Source of the DNA: Polyangiales bacterium
GTDB taxonomy: Bacteria; Myxococcota_A; Polyangia; Polyangiales; Polyangiaceae
Reading direction: 5' to 3'
Assembly (NCBI GenBank): GCA_038230375.1
Contig: JBBRNJ010000085.1
Span: 1-36,092, forward strand
Length of the DNA stretch: 36,092 nucleotides
Below the pieces are notes generated by a model. The model worked only from the letters and a program-made list of their open reading frames with translations. It was not told where the DNA came from and did no database searches. Of the stretch, positions 35,386 through 36,092 are shown one piece after another; positions within the stretch are counted from its first letter, which is position 1; every line of letters begins with the position of its first letter. The translations under genes were made by a program, and so were the position numbers.

Positions 35386-35435
35386 AATCGAAGCTGTGAA
35401 TCGACACTGTGAATCGAAGCTGTGAATCGCGTGTG
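35386..35435 (+). repeat. 13-bp tandem repeat in the clpX leader
   Basis: AATCGAAGCTGTG / AATCGACACTGTG / AATCGAAGCTGTG / AATCGCGTGTG. Confidence 0.9.
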
Positions 35436-35478
35436 AACTGAACGGTCGAACTGGCCGTATAGACCGAAAGAGGCGGAC

Positions 35479-36092
35479 GTGGAGCGCAGGCGGGACGACC
35501 ACCAAAACGGAAACCTGAACTGCTCTTTTTGCGGCAAGTCGCAGAAAGAGGTCAAGAAGCTCATCGCTGGACCCACGGTCTACATCTGCGATGAATGCAT
35601 TGGCCTCTGCAACGACATCATCGCGGAAGAGGTAGAGAAGGACGAGCCGTACGCCGGCGCCACGCCCATCCCGAAGCCCGCCGAGATCAAGGGCATCCTG
35701 GACGACTACGTGATCGGCCAGGACCGCGCGAAGAAGATCCTCGCCGTCGCCGTTCACAATCACTACAAACGCATCGACTCCCGCGTGAACGCGGACGAGG
35801 TCGAGCTCGCGAAGTCGAACATCCTGCTCCTTGGGCCCACGGGCTCTGGCAAGACGCTCCTCGCGCAGACGCTTGCGAAGATCCTGAGCGTGCCGTTCGC
35901 GATCGCGGACGCCACCACGCTGACCGAGGCCGGCTACGTCGGTGAGGACGTCGAGAACATCATCGTCCAGCTCCTGCAGAACGCCGACCACGACGTGGAG
36001 CGTGCGCAGCGCGGCATCGTCTACATCGACGAGATCGACAAGATCGGCAAAACCTCCGGCAACGTCTCCATCACCCGCGATGTCTCCGGCGA
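35479..36092 (+). CDS. clpX: ATP-dependent Clp protease ATP-binding subunit ClpX, truncated by window end
   Basis: Not in the ORF track. GTG 35479 after [87 protein letters not shown]. Confidence 0.97.
   Translation, partial: MERRRDDHQNGNLNCSFCGKSQKEVKKLIAGPTVYICDECIGLCNDIIAEEVEKDEPYAGATPIPKPAEIKGILDDYVIGQDRAKKILAVAVHNHYKRIDSRVNADEVELAKSNILLLGPTGSGKTLLAQTLAKILSVPFAIADATTLTEAGYVGEDVENIIVQLLQNADHDVERAQRGIVYIDEIDKIGKTSGNVSITRDVSG

Noticed and set aside
35386..35435. Repeat array as a CRISPR
   Set aside because: 13-bp units with no unique spacers and no cas genes.
35438..35453. CTGAAC in the clpX leader as a LexA box
   Set aside because: It reads CTG-N10-CTG, so the second half-site is missing.

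Overview
GC-rich (about two-thirds G+C by eye) chromosomal segment that looks like a myxobacterium of the Polyangiales. This is an inference from gene content: a choice-of-anchor-L-type lipoprotein, many Gly-rich lipoproteins and a GTTCAG-type SOS half-site. Gene order: an operon of a long GT4 glycosyltransferase, a GH130 glycoside phosphorylase and a truncated M3-peptidase-like gene missing from the ORF track; four exported proteins; larE back-to-back with an imuA-imuB-dnaE2 mutagenesis cassette behind a TACTG-N10-CAGTA operator; a GAF-GGDEF cyclase; an esterase and smc; an FmdB zinc-ribbon gene overlapped 373 bp by a convergent gene; a pheA-like gene with degenerate catalytic motifs; a LysR/peroxiredoxin-like pair; lipoprotein-aroA-cmk-lipoprotein; parAB with two small divergent ORFs; a lipoprotein; tig-clpP-clpX (truncated). 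No rRNA, tRNA, CRISPR array or mobile element was seen. The most notable signals are frequent leaderless-type promoters (including overlapping bidirectional -10 elements), possible SOS co-control of larE, a possible pseudo-enzyme PheA, the dual-strand low-complexity overlap, small proteins opposite parAB and many short tandem duplications. All calls come from motif reading by eye; no database search was run.
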